The notes: a model not told the origin generated them from the letters alone. Positions 47,589 to 57,560 are shown, counted from the stretch's first letter. The stretch is 64,000 nucleotides of DNA from Longimicrobiales bacterium (GCA_965218295.1 CBDCKN010000013.1:128001-192000), one strand, 5' to 3'. Translations and numbers: made by a program.

Positions 47589-48209
47589 CTACAGGGTGCC
47601 GAACAGACGGTCGCCCCCGTCCCCGAGGCCTGGAAGGATGTAGCCACGCTTGTTGAGCCTGCGGTCGAGTGCCGCAGCGAATATGGGCACGTCAGGGTGC
47701 TCCATAGCCAGGCGGCCGGCTCCCTCGGGCGCCGCAATCAGACACATCAGTGCGATGTCGTGCGCCCCGCGTGCCTTCAGATCCGCGATAGAGGCACAGG
47801 CAGTGCCACCGGTTCCAAGCATCGGATCCACCAGCAGAAAGCTGCACCGTTCGGCGTCGGGGGGCAGTTTTCCGTAGTAGCGCACGGGCTGCAGCGTCTC
47901 TTCGTTCCGATAGAAGCCCAGATGGCCCACCCGCGCTCCCGGAATCAGCCGCAGCACTCCCTCGACCATGCCCAGCCCCGCCCTCAGGATCGGGACGACG
48001 ACGATCCGGTCTTCCATGGCCCGTACACCCGTCGCGTTGTACACATCGCGCACGTGAGGCGAGAGGGGGCCGTCGTCGTTGTATGCCGAGAACCGCAAAC
48101 CGGCCCGCCCCGCCCGCTGGCGGGCCGAACCGGGACCATTCAGGTCCGCCCACGCGCCCCTAATCGCTCGGAGGATGGCCTGAGCCTGCTTACGGACATC
48201 GTCATCCAT
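47589..48209 (-). pseudogene. upp: Uracil phosphoribosyltransferase, C-terminal ~140 aa fused to an unrelated N-terminus
   Basis: [47 protein letters not shown]; the conserved N-terminal HPL..KL..LRD..FR segment is absent in all three frames. Confidence 0.75.
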
Positions 48210-48791
48210 GGGGTAAGATAACCCTCAACCGCCCGAGCCATCCGTGTGTAACTATTCAAACTGACCCACTACTTCGATCGTGTAGGTGGTCCCGTCGACC
48301 GCGAACGACGTCTGGCTGAGGCTCCCGTCGTCTGGACTGAAGCCGTAGACGCCCCAACCACCCCAGCCGCCGGACGGTTCCACCTGGCCAAGCGTCAGAC
48401 AGGCGGCCAGATGGCGTTAGCGCTCGGGCGCGTGGCGATCCGGGGGCCGACACGTCCGTTCAGTAAGCGTTCGGCGGGGTGACTAGAGGCGCCTCGCCAG
48501 TACGTTCCCGAACGCCCTCGCCGTCGCGACGAGATTCCAACCTTCGGGATCGCCACGTCGTCATCTGCCGGGTCTTTCTCAGCCCCGCGCGACGCCCGCG
48601 ACGCCCAAGGGAGCACCCGTCACGGGTTCCGCGAACGTACCGTAAGCTCCCGTGTAATCGCCCGCCAATTATACGGGATCACATACGATAGAAACGAGTC
48701 GGACCAGAAACTACTGCATACATAACTAACTACAGGTCATATACTTATGATGACATAGGGACAGGACAGACAGTAGATCAACCGTCCGGGC

Positions 48792-50612
48792 ATGATTTGG
48801 GACGGCGCGACGGGGAGCGGTATGAACTGGCGGCTCGCCCTCTCGGAGCTCGAGGCGGAGCGCTCTCACCTGCGGCTCGACGGCGAGCCCGTGATCCTCT
48901 ACTCGCTCCTCTCTCCGCCCGGCCAAGCCTACGCGAACCTGCTCCGGGAGCTCTACTGCCTGGACGCGGTGATGACCATGTCGCTCGAGTGGCGGCCCTG
49001 GGCGATGGAAGCGGCCCGGCGCCGGATCCGTGGCGCGCAGCGGCACTACTTCTCCAGGCGCTACTCGATGATGGCGCACGTGCAGGAGACGGAGGGCACC
49101 GCCGCCGCGATGGTCGACTCGGCCGCGGCGACCGAGTCCGACCGGCTAGGCGAGGCGCTGGTCGAGCTCGAAGCCGACGGCGTGAGCTACGGGGAGGCCA
49201 CGCTCACCGTGGCGCTCCACGGCGAGCTTGGAAGCATCGAACGCGTGGACGGCGACCTGCGTCGGCTGTTCGCCGCGCACGACGCGAAGGTGATCCGGGA
49301 GGGCTACGGCCAGCTGCCGGCCTGGTTCTCGCGGCTGCCGGCCCAGCCCCGTGGGCGGCAGGCGCGGAAGGTGTTCGTGTCGGCCGGAGTGGCCGCGTGC
49401 CTGGCGCCGCTCTTCGGGCCGCCCAAGGGCCGGGCTAAGAGCAAACACCTTGGCCGCGAGTCGCTCGCGGTCTTGGAGACCCCGTGGCGCACGGCGTACC
49501 ACTACGACCTGTTCGCCGGTGATGTCGGCCACACGCTGATGCTCGGCGCGACCGGCTCGGGCAAGAGCTTCACGCTCAACTTCCTCCTGGTCGAGGCGCT
49601 CAGGTACGACCCGCGCGTCCTGATTCTGGATCTGGGCGGCTCGTACCGCTGGCTGACCCGGTTTCTGGGAGGCCGCTACCTGGAGCTGTCGCCCGGCGAG
49701 GCGGAGCCGACGCTCCGGTTGCAGCCGTTCGCCCTCCCGGCGGGCACGCGGACGTTCCAGTTCCTGACCGGCTGGGTGCTCCGGCTCCTGAAGCTCGGCG
49801 GCTGGGAAGCGAGCGGGGCGGATACGAGCGAGATCCGCTCGCGCATCGAGGACCTGTATGCGTTCGAGCCGGAGCGGCGGACGCTGAGCGTCCTGGCTGG
49901 GTCGCTTCCGTCCGCGACGTGGCCGGCGTGGAGCCGCTGGACCCAAGGCGGTGCCTGGGGCGGCTACTTCGATAACCCGGTCGTCGGAGCGCCAGATCTC
50001 GAGTTCGCCGACTGGCAGGTGATCGATCTGGCCGGGGCGGTCGAGCATCCGGATCTCTGCGACGCGGCACTCTCCTACCTGCTCGAGCGGATGCGCTTGG
50101 AGGTGGAGGACCCGTCCGAGGCGGCGCGGCTGAAGCTGATGGTCGTGGACGAAGCCTGGCGCTACCTGCAGGACCCCGCCGTGCTGAATTACCTGGCCGA
50201 GGCGGCGAAGACGTGGAGGAAGAAGAACGCCGCGTTGATCCTCGCCACGCAGTCCGCGGTGGACGTCACGGCCACGCCCGGCGCGGCGGCGCTCCTCGAG
50301 TCGATCCCGACGAAGCTCTTCCTCGCGAACCCGGAGCTCCCTGACGAGGTCGGCGCGCTGTTCCGGCTGAACGAGTCGGAGCTGGCCCAGGTCCGGGGCC
50401 TGATCCCCAAACGCGAGCTCTATCTGCGCCGCCCGGACGGGGCGGCGGTGCTACGGCTCGAGGTCGATCCGGAGAGCTACTGGCTCTACACCTCGTCCGC
50501 ATTGGACGCCGAGGAGAGGGCCCGGGCCGTCGAGCGTCACGGGCTCGCCCGGGCCCTCGAGGTTCTCGCGAGCCGAGACGATCCCACCCCCACCCCCAAC
50601 GCAAGGAGCTGA
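48792..50612 (+). CDS. virB4: VirB4-family T4SS ATPase, probably 5'-truncated
   Basis: DVGHTLMLGATGSGKSF Walker A, ILDLGGSY, VVDEAW Walker B, TWRKKNA, ATQS; 606 aa, beginning abruptly after an AT-rich segment. Confidence 0.85.
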   Translation: MIWDGATGSGMNWRLALSELEAERSHLRLDGEPVILYSLLSPPGQAYANLLRELYCLDAVMTMSLEWRPWAMEAARRRIRGAQRHYFSRRYSMMAHVQETEGTAAAMVDSAAATESDRLGEALVELEADGVSYGEATLTVALHGELGSIERVDGDLRRLFAAHDAKVIREGYGQLPAWFSRLPAQPRGRQARKVFVSAGVAACLAPLFGPPKGRAKSKHLGRESLAVLETPWRTAYHYDLFAGDVGHTLMLGATGSGKSFTLNFLLVEALRYDPRVLILDLGGSYRWLTRFLGGRYLELSPGEAEPTLRLQPFALPAGTRTFQFLTGWVLRLLKLGGWEASGADTSEIRSRIEDLYAFEPERRTLSVLAGSLPSATWPAWSRWTQGGAWGGYFDNPVVGAPDLEFADWQVIDLAGAVEHPDLCDAALSYLLERMRLEVEDPSEAARLKLMVVDEAWRYLQDPAVLNYLAEAAKTWRKKNAALILATQSAVDVTATPGAAALLESIPTKLFLANPELPDEVGALFRLNESELAQVRGLIPKRELYLRRPDGAAVLRLEVDPESYWLYTSSALDAEERARAVERHGLARALEVLASRDDPTPTPNARS

Positions 50613-50618
50613 CACGCC

Positions 50619-51485
50619 ATGCGACCACCAATGACACCCCTCGTTCTAACCGCCCTTCTCTTGGCTGCCCTCCCGGCCGGGGCCGCCGCGCAGCAGGAGG
50701 ACGACCAAGCGTTCCTCCGGGTGCCGGTCCCGGAGGAGGGCGAGGACCGGATCCACCGGCTCCGCACCCGGGTCCGCCACACGACGGTGATCGTGCTCCC
50801 CGCCGATGAGAACATCCTGGACTTCGTCGTCGGCGACTCGGAGTACTGGCACCTGACGGGCGCCGCGAACGTCGCGTTCCTGAAGCCTCTCTCCCCGGAC
50901 GCGGCGACGAATATCGCGCTCGTCTGCGAGTCAGGGCGGATCTACTCGTTCCTGGTGGCCGAGCACAGCGACGGGCCACCCCATCTGGTCGTCCGCGTAG
51001 AGTCCGGAGCAGAGGCGGCGCGGCTCTCCGGCGGCGGCAGCGGCCGTCCCGCGTTCGTCGCGCGTAGCGAGGTCGCGGCCTACCAACAGATGGCCGCCGA
51101 GGCGGCCGAGGCGGCTCGCAGCGCCCGGGAGGCAGCGGAGGCCGGCATCCTGGAAGCCCGGACTCAGGCCGAAACGGAGATCGAGGAGTTCCGTGCGTGC
51201 TATCCGGAGCGTCTCGCCTTCGAGTACCGGCTCGACGGGGACGCGGCCGACCGGCCGTTCCTCGTCGAGGCGATGTGGCACGACGGGCAGTTCACCTATC
51301 TGAGGTCCCACGCACAGGAGTCGCCGGCGCTCTATGAGCTCCGGGACGGGGAACCGGCACTCGTGGCCTACGATCTGACGGATGACGGGCTTTACGTCGC
51401 CCGCCACGTACTGGCCGACGGGTGGCTGCAGATCGGCGACAAGCGGGCCAGCTGGCGGTTCACGCCGCGGGAAGCGCTCCGATGA
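50619..51485 (+). CDS. virB9: TrbG/VirB9-family T4SS core protein
   Basis: Signal peptide, TTVIVLPADENI..VGDSEYW, KP..ATNI, WHDGQFTY..PALY. Confidence 0.85.
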   Translation: MRPPMTPLVLTALLLAALPAGAAAQQEDDQAFLRVPVPEEGEDRIHRLRTRVRHTTVIVLPADENILDFVVGDSEYWHLTGAANVAFLKPLSPDAATNIALVCESGRIYSFLVAEHSDGPPHLVVRVESGAEAARLSGGGSGRPAFVARSEVAAYQQMAAEAAEAARSAREAAEAGILEARTQAETEIEEFRACYPERLAFEYRLDGDAADRPFLVEAMWHDGQFTYLRSHAQESPALYELRDGEPALVAYDLTDDGLYVARHVLADGWLQIGDKRASWRFTPREALR

Positions 51486-52756
51486 GCCGCTGGAAGCAGT
51501 GGGTCCGGCCCCCGGAAGGCGCGCTGCCGGGCGGCATCGTGACAAAGGCCGGCGTGGTGTTGATCGCGGTGCTCGTCGGTGGACTCCTCTTCTCGTGGGC
51601 GATGACGGGTTCCGAGGAAGCCGACGCTCCCGGGGCGCTGCCCGAGGCGCAGGCGGTCGACGACGGGATGGGGAGGTCGCTCCAGAACCGCATCCGCCAA
51701 GAGGCCGAGCGGCAGACTCTGGAGGCCGCCGCCCGGGCGCGCGCCGAGCTCGAGCGCCGGCAGGCCGCGGCCGCCGAAGAGATGGCCCGGCTCCAGACCG
51801 AGTCGGAGACGCCGAACACCGCAGCCTTGATCCCAGGCGTGAGCGCGGCCGAGTCGGAGCTTCGGGAGGCGCTTCGGCTGGAGGAGCTGGAGCGGAGAAC
51901 CCGCTCGCTCCGCGCCCTGCCGGTCGCCCATTCGTACCGGGCTCCCAACACGGCCGCGGAGTCGTCCGAAGCCGGCACCGGCGATGCGGCCGACGCGGAC
52001 GTGGCCCTCCTCGAGAACACGGTCCAAGCGGCTCTCGCCTCCTTCGAGCAGTCGGTCGGGGCGCTCGAGGGGGAGCTGGCGGCAGAGCAGCTTCTCCTCG
52101 GGTCCCCGGGCATCGCTGCTGCTGCGGCGCCCGCGTCCGGGCAGCAAGCCTCCCGTCCGGCACCGAGCCCGATTCAGCCAGGGCGTAGCGTCCGGCCCGC
52201 CGACCCGCCGGGCTGGGAGCGGATCTACGAGGGCTCGTTCCTCGAAGGGGTGCTCCTCACGCAGCTCACGGGCGATTTCCCGGGACCGGTGCTCGCGACC
52301 GTCTCGGTGCCGTTCTATTCGGCCGATCGCCAGCGGGTCCTGATTCCGCGCGGCGCACGCGTCGTCGGAACGGCTCGGGCCGTTCAGGACCCGGACCAGA
52401 GCCGGCTCGCAGTCGCGTTTCACCGGTTGCTGCTGCCCGACGGGAGCTGGATCGACCTCGAGTTCACGGGCCTGAACCAGGCGGGCGAGGGCGCGCTTCA
52501 GGACCAGGTCGATCGCCACTACTTCAGCACGTTCGCTGCCGCCGGAGCCGTCGGTGTCGTAAGCGGACTCGCCCTGGCCGGCGGTTCGCCGTTCGGCCTC
52601 AGGGCGGGCGTCGGCCAGGGACTCGGCCAGAGCGCGACCTCGACTCTCGACCGGTTCCTGAACCGGCTACCCACCCTCACGATCCGCGCCGGCCATCGCC
52701 TGCGCATCTGGTTCACCTCCGATGTCCTGGTCCCCAGGGCCGGGACACGGCAATAA
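51482..52756 (+). CDS. virB10: TrbI/VirB10-family protein
   Basis: TM, coiled coil, DFPGPV..VLIPRGARVVG, QSRLAVAFHRLLLPDG, DQVDRHY, PTLTIRAG; ATGA overlap with virB9. Confidence 0.9.
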   Translation: MSRWKQWVRPPEGALPGGIVTKAGVVLIAVLVGGLLFSWAMTGSEEADAPGALPEAQAVDDGMGRSLQNRIRQEAERQTLEAAARARAELERRQAAAAEEMARLQTESETPNTAALIPGVSAAESELREALRLEELERRTRSLRALPVAHSYRAPNTAAESSEAGTGDAADADVALLENTVQAALASFEQSVGALEGELAAEQLLLGSPGIAAAAAPASGQQASRPAPSPIQPGRSVRPADPPGWERIYEGSFLEGVLLTQLTGDFPGPVLATVSVPFYSADRQRVLIPRGARVVGTARAVQDPDQSRLAVAFHRLLLPDGSWIDLEFTGLNQAGEGALQDQVDRHYFSTFAAAGAVGVVSGLALAGGSPFGLRAGVGQGLGQSATSTLDRFLNRLPTLTIRAGHRLRIWFTSDVLVPRAGTRQ

Positions 52757-52773
52757 CAACAAAGGAGCTCATC

Positions 52774-53682
52774 ATGCGTCACCGCAGCCTCACCACCGTC
52801 CTCTTGGTCTCCATCCTGATGCTCGCGAGCGCTGGGCCGGCCAACGCCCTCTTCGACATCGGCGGCGTGATCCAGCGGGCCCAGATGATCGTGAACCAGG
52901 CGACCCAGATCGCGAACCAGATCCGCCAGATGCGGACGATGACCCGCCAACTCACCGAGCTCGAGGAGCAGCTCGACTACATGAAAGAGGCCGCGCGGGG
53001 CGAGGTGGACGCTTTGATCGAACCGTTCACCGAGCTGGCGGCCGGATCCATCGGCCTCGTCGGCGACGACCTCGACTGGGGCTCCGAGTTCACCGGAGCG
53101 GCCGGCGAGCTGGTCGAAGCGGTGCGGGGCATGGGGAGCGGCGACTCGTTCACCGACGTCTGGCGGAGCGCGCAGGGCGTGGCCGACCAGGTGAGCGAGG
53201 CGGACATCTTGGGGCTGTTCCGTAACCGCCCGGCCGAGGTGTCGTCGCGCGCGGTTGAGGACTACCGCCAGGCCCGAGAGACCGCCGACCGCCAGCGCGT
53301 GCTCGACTACGCGATGATGGACGCCGCGGCCTCGCTCGCCTCGACCGTCGAGAGCGCACAGGACTCGTTCGACGACCTGACCGCGAATGGGAATCTGTCG
53401 AACACGGCGCTCCAGCAGGCGCAAGTGGCTGCCGCGCTGACCCAGGGCCGGATCAACGCCGCCGTGGCGCAGGTGCTCGCCTATCAGGCCGTCGAGCAAG
53501 CGAACCGGATGCAGCAGGCCGAGATCGACCGGCTCGAGCGGCTCGCCGAGTGGAGGGACGCGCGCCTCCGTACGAACGCGATGGCCGATGCGATGCGCAC
53601 GGCCGCGTTCCAGAACCGCGACCGGCTCCGGGAGGGACTCCTGTTCAAGGTCCCGTCGTTCTACATGGGCGGCCAAGTTTAG
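52774..53682 (+). CDS. TrbJ/VirB5-like exported helical protein
   Basis: Signal peptide, Gln-rich QIANQIRQM..QL..Q coiled coil, positioned immediately before virB6. Confidence 0.65.
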   Translation: MRHRSLTTVLLVSILMLASAGPANALFDIGGVIQRAQMIVNQATQIANQIRQMRTMTRQLTELEEQLDYMKEAARGEVDALIEPFTELAAGSIGLVGDDLDWGSEFTGAAGELVEAVRGMGSGDSFTDVWRSAQGVADQVSEADILGLFRNRPAEVSSRAVEDYRQARETADRQRVLDYAMMDAAASLASTVESAQDSFDDLTANGNLSNTALQQAQVAAALTQGRINAAVAQVLAYQAVEQANRMQQAEIDRLERLAEWRDARLRTNAMADAMRTAAFQNRDRLREGLLFKVPSFYMGGQV

Positions 53683-53700
53683 GCCCCGGGAGCGACCGCC

Positions 53701-54711
53701 ATGCAACTCCTGCCACCGCAGTCGATCGATCCGAACGTCCCGGCCCAGATCCCCGCCGACCAGCTCCAGGACTTCAAGGGGTTCCTGGACGTCGTGCTCG
53801 ACACCGTGGTAGGCGGCGCGGCGCCCGACGTGCTGACGCTCGGCCACCAGCTGTGGGGCGGCCTCGCGGCGATCGTCGTCGCCTGGAGCGGGCTCAAGAT
53901 CGCGTACAGCGGCACGCTCGAACCGTGGGCGCTCGTGCGTGTCGTGCTCGGGATCGCGATCCCCCGGACGCTGCTCCACTACTACAGCGTCCCGATCCCG
54001 GGCGTGGGCTTCACGTTTCCGGCCATGGTCGCGGCCGGAGGGATCTGGCTCCAGAACCTGTTCATCTCCGACGTCGTGTCCGTCGGCTACACGGAGATGA
54101 CCGCGCTCGTGCAGGCGTTCGCCGCACGGCTCGGCGCGGCATGGTCCGGCGGGAGCCTGATGACCCTCGTGACCGAGGGCGTGAGCGTGTTCTTCTCGTC
54201 CCTCGTCGCGCTGATGATGGGCGTGCCGCTCGTGCTCGGCTTGGTCGCGCTCTTCTGCCTGACCTACGCGCAGGTGATCTGGGCGCAGGTGGCGCTCGCG
54301 ATCGTGATCCTCTTGGGCCCGGTGTTCATCCCCTGGCTCCTCTTCGAGCCGCTCGCGTTCCTGTTCTGGGGATGGTTCCGCACGCTCATGGTCTACACGC
54401 TCTACGGCGTCGTGGCCGGAGCGATCCTCCGCGTGTTCATGGGCGTCGGCATGGGCTACGTCACGACCTATACCGGCGCCTTGATGGGCACCGGCTCCTC
54501 CGACCCGGCCGAGATCGGGCTCTGGGTCGTCGTCCTCCTCCCGCTCGTCGTCTCCGGCCTGATGGCCGGCATGAAGGTGGGCGAGCTCGCCGCGATGCTC
54601 GTCTCCGGGTCCGGATCCGTCGGATCGGGCATGATGGCGCTCGTGGTCCGCGGCGGCGGACGCCTCAGCGCTGCCGCGAACCCGGCCCGCCCCCCAATCC
54701 CCGGAGGCTGA
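53701..54711 (+). CDS. virB6: TrbL/VirB6-family polytopic membrane protein
   Basis: Multiple TMs, LLGPVFIPWLLFEPLAFLFWGW signature, Gly/Ser tail. Confidence 0.85.
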   Translation: MQLLPPQSIDPNVPAQIPADQLQDFKGFLDVVLDTVVGGAAPDVLTLGHQLWGGLAAIVVAWSGLKIAYSGTLEPWALVRVVLGIAIPRTLLHYYSVPIPGVGFTFPAMVAAGGIWLQNLFISDVVSVGYTEMTALVQAFAARLGAAWSGGSLMTLVTEGVSVFFSSLVALMMGVPLVLGLVALFCLTYAQVIWAQVALAIVILLGPVFIPWLLFEPLAFLFWGWFRTLMVYTLYGVVAGAILRVFMGVGMGYVTTYTGALMGTGSSDPAEIGLWVVVLLPLVVSGLMAGMKVGELAAMLVSGSGSVGSGMMALVVRGGGRLSAAANPARPPIPGG

Positions 54712-54722
54712 AGGAGACATCC

Positions 54723-55391
54723 ATGAACCGAGAACACGATGCCGGCCGCGAGTACGCGGAAATCTGGGGCGAGACCGTCGAGGCGAACCGGAAGCTCCGG
54801 ACGCTGGCGACCATCCTGGCCGCCACATGCCTCGCGCTCGGCGTGCTCCTCCTTCGTATCGCGACCGTCGAGCCGCCCAGGCCCATCGTCGTGCGGGTCG
54901 ACGAGGTCGGCCGCGCCGAGGCCGTGGCCTACGAGGCCGCAACGGCCCAGGCGGACCCGCTCGACCCCACGACCAAGTATTTCCTGAACCGGTTCATCTC
55001 CGACTTCTACTCCAGGCGCCAGGCGACGGTCGAGGAGCACTGGACCCGGAGCCTGCGGTTCCTCTCGACCGAGCTGGCGAACACCGCGTTCACGCGCGAC
55101 GGCGCCGAGGTCGCCGCCATGGCGGCCGGCACCGCCGACACCGAGATCCAGGTCGAGCAGGTCGTGCTCCGCATCCACCCCGCACCGGAGGCGCCGCACG
55201 GCGCGACCGCCGATTTCGACCTGGTCCACTTCAGGCAGGGGCAGGAGACCCTGAGGGAGCGGTGGTCGCTCACGCTCCGGTTCACCTTCCTCACCGTGAT
55301 CCCCTCCGAGCTCGTCGTCTACAACCCGATGGGCATCCTCATCACCTACCTCCAGGCCGACCGTGCCCTGGTCACGGAAGCCCCACGATGA
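54723..55391 (+). CDS. virB8: VirB8/TrbF-family protein
   Basis: GGAG SD, MNREH..EIWG, one TM, PIVVRVDEVG, NPMGILIT (NPxG motif). Confidence 0.88.
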   Translation: MNREHDAGREYAEIWGETVEANRKLRTLATILAATCLALGVLLLRIATVEPPRPIVVRVDEVGRAEAVAYEAATAQADPLDPTTKYFLNRFISDFYSRRQATVEEHWTRSLRFLSTELANTAFTRDGAEVAAMAAGTADTEIQVEQVVLRIHPAPEAPHGATADFDLVHFRQGQETLRERWSLTLRFTFLTVIPSELVVYNPMGILITYLQADRALVTEAPR

Positions 55392-56323
55392 TCGCCCATC
55401 TCGCCGGGCGAGAGAGGGCGCTCGAGGCGTTCGGCTGGACGGACCGCGAGGCGGAGTGGGTCGCCCTGGTCTGTCTCCACAGCGGCGTGTTCACCCGAGA
55501 CCAGATCTCCGACTGGCTCGAGATCCACCGCCGCACCGCGCGCCGGTTCATCCGGGACATTTTGGACCAGAGGCTGGCGGCCATGGACAGGCTTGCGGGC
55601 CGGAGGGTCTGCCGGATCTCCGCGCGCGCAGTCTACCGGGCGCTCGGAGCCGAGGATGTCCGCCACCGCCGGATCGCGTCCGCCGAGGTGCTCGTTCGCC
55701 GCCTGCTCTCGCTCGACTACGTGATCGGGCACACCGGCCTGCCGTGGCTGCCCACCGAAGCGGAGAAGGTCGGCGCGTTCGAGGCGCTTGGGCTAGAGCG
55801 CAGCATCCTGCCCGTCCGGGTGTACCGGGGCGCCGCAGGCGAGACGCGGCGCTACTTCCCCCTCAAACTGCCCGTCGCGCTTGACGGCCAGGGCGCGGTG
55901 TTCGTCTACGCCGATCCGGGCCACGAGACCGCCGCGGGGCTCCGCTCCTGGGGCCGCGCCCACCGGGAACTCTGGGGTGCGCTCAGGGAGCGGGGCCGAC
56001 CGGTAGAGTCCGTCGCGGTCGTCCTGGGCGGCAGGGAGTTCGAGCGGGCGGAGAAGGTCCTCGGCAACTGGACCGCGCCGGCCCGGTCCCCCGGCCGGTC
56101 CAAAGCATCCGCGACCGGCCGTCGGATCCGCCGCGAAATCGACCGGATCGAACAGGCCATCCGCGGCATGGACGAGAGCGTGATCCAAGCGTACGGCAGT
56201 CTCCAGGGCTGCCTGGCGCGAATCGCCAAACTCAGGGCCGCGCTCCCGACCGCAACCGCGGAAGCGATGATCGACGGCTTCACGGTATGGCGTTCGACCC
56301 GGCTTTCGGGGGGTCTGTTTTGA
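55388..56323 (+). CDS. Uncharacterised ICE protein with wHTH-like N-terminus (candidate DNA-processing protein)
   Basis: ATGA overlap with virB8; 311 aa; FGWTDREAEWVALVCLHSGVFTRDQ, YRALG..RHRR, RLLSLDYV, WLPTEAEK, RRYFPLKLPV, FVYADPG; two decayed paralogues nearby keep parts of the same sequence. Confidence 0.8.
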   Translation: MIAHLAGRERALEAFGWTDREAEWVALVCLHSGVFTRDQISDWLEIHRRTARRFIRDILDQRLAAMDRLAGRRVCRISARAVYRALGAEDVRHRRIASAEVLVRRLLSLDYVIGHTGLPWLPTEAEKVGAFEALGLERSILPVRVYRGAAGETRRYFPLKLPVALDGQGAVFVYADPGHETAAGLRSWGRAHRELWGALRERGRPVESVAVVLGGREFERAEKVLGNWTAPARSPGRSKASATGRRIRREIDRIEQAIRGMDESVIQAYGSLQGCLARIAKLRAALPTATAEAMIDGFTVWRSTRLSGGLF

Positions 56324-56627
56324 CCGCCGGAAGCGGGTGCCGGTGCCGATCCACGAGTGCCCATGGCACTTTGGGGGTGGCCGGACACGAAATCGCGCCT
56401 GCGATGGGCACGCCGCCGATTCCGCATGTCGCTGGCGCTCTTGCGGTTGTGCCACGGCCAGCGGAGCGGCGTTGCCGATCCGCGTGCCTTGGCCGTGGCT
56501 GGGAGCGACCCCCCATCTCGGCATGCCTCGATCGGCATCGGGGAGGATGGCGATGTGCATCCCCATCGTCCCCTCCGCTGCGGGGTCGCTCCCAGCCAGC
56601 AGTCCCTCCGGGAAGGGTGTTGGACCG
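56324..56627 (+). other. Structured ~300-nt element, copy 1 (candidate oriT/ssDNA structure or ncRNA)
   Basis: 17-bp inverted repeat 56496-56512/56582-56598 enclosing two hairpins; 10-bp stem 56451-56460/56490-56499; homologous to three other copies. Confidence 0.75.
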
Positions 56628-57401
56628 ATGAGGCCCTGGACGCTGGTCATCATCGGGGTGGCCCTGACGGCGGCCACGGTCCGCGCGTTCCTGGCGCCGT
56701 TTCCGGGCATCGGCGGGAACCCCGTGCTGGACCTGATCGCCTACCACGATCCGGGCCTGCACACGGTGATCCACGTCTGGTACTACGCGGCGCCGGCCGT
56801 CGCCTTGCTGCTCGCCGGCAGCGTCTGCCTCTCGGTCTCGAAGGTTTGGCTCGAGCCGCGCACCCGGCGCGGCGCTCGCGGGAAGCTCCCCGCCTGGCCC
56901 ACCTCGGCCAGCGACGAGGCACCCTCGCTCGTGATCGGCGAACTGCACCATCCGACCGTGCCGCGCGAGAGCGAGCGGCCGTCGTGGCTCGTGATCCCGG
57001 AGAAGGGGCTCTACACCGGCATCCTCATCGTGGGTGCCGTCGGCACCGGCAAGACGACCGCCTGCATGTATCCGTTCGCGCAGCAGCTCCTCTCCTGGCG
57101 GGCCGACGATCCCGGCCGCCGCGCGGGCGCGCTCGTGCTCGAAGTCAAGGGCGATTTCTGCCACCAGGTCCGCGGCATCCTGGGCGACGCCGGCCGCGGC
57201 GAGGACTACCTCGAAATCGGGCTCGACGGCTCCTGGCAGTGGAATCCGCTCGACGATCCGCTCATCGACTCCTATTCGCTCGCCTACGGCGTCGCGTCCC
57301 TCATCAACCAGCTCTTCGGGAAGTCCCGAGAACCGTTTTGGCAGCAAGCCTATACCAATCTCGTGCGCTGGATCGTCGAACTGTACCGGCGCATCCATTG
57401 A
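56628..57401 (+). pseudogene. virD4: VirD4-like type IV coupling protein, 3'-truncated
   Basis: Two TMs, GILIVGAVGTGKT Walker A, LVLEVKGDF, WNPL, PFWQQA; stops at 257 aa where an att-like segment begins. Confidence 0.85.
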
Positions 57402-57560
57402 CGTGCAGTAATGCTCCTTAGTGTACACATAACCGGTGATATATAAGGGGTTATGATATTTACCATACTCCGGAACGTCCAGTACCACCCCTTGACAGCC
57501 ACGACTTTTATGGGGCACTTTTCTGGGGCAGATTCCTGAAACCTCAATCGGTGCCCCAAC
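57394..57560 (+). mobile_element. attL-like leader of a P4-type integrase element
   Basis: Abrupt AT-rich segment; TGGGGCA direct repeat (57511, 57524) and inverted copy TGCCCCA (57552) just before the integrase ATG; TTGACA at 57492. Confidence 0.7.

Noticed and set aside
48395..48640. Possible degraded integrase N-terminus, or a dif site, left of virB4
   Set aside because: Similarity is only impressionistic across frameshifts, and there are no proper XerC/XerD arms with a 6-bp spacer
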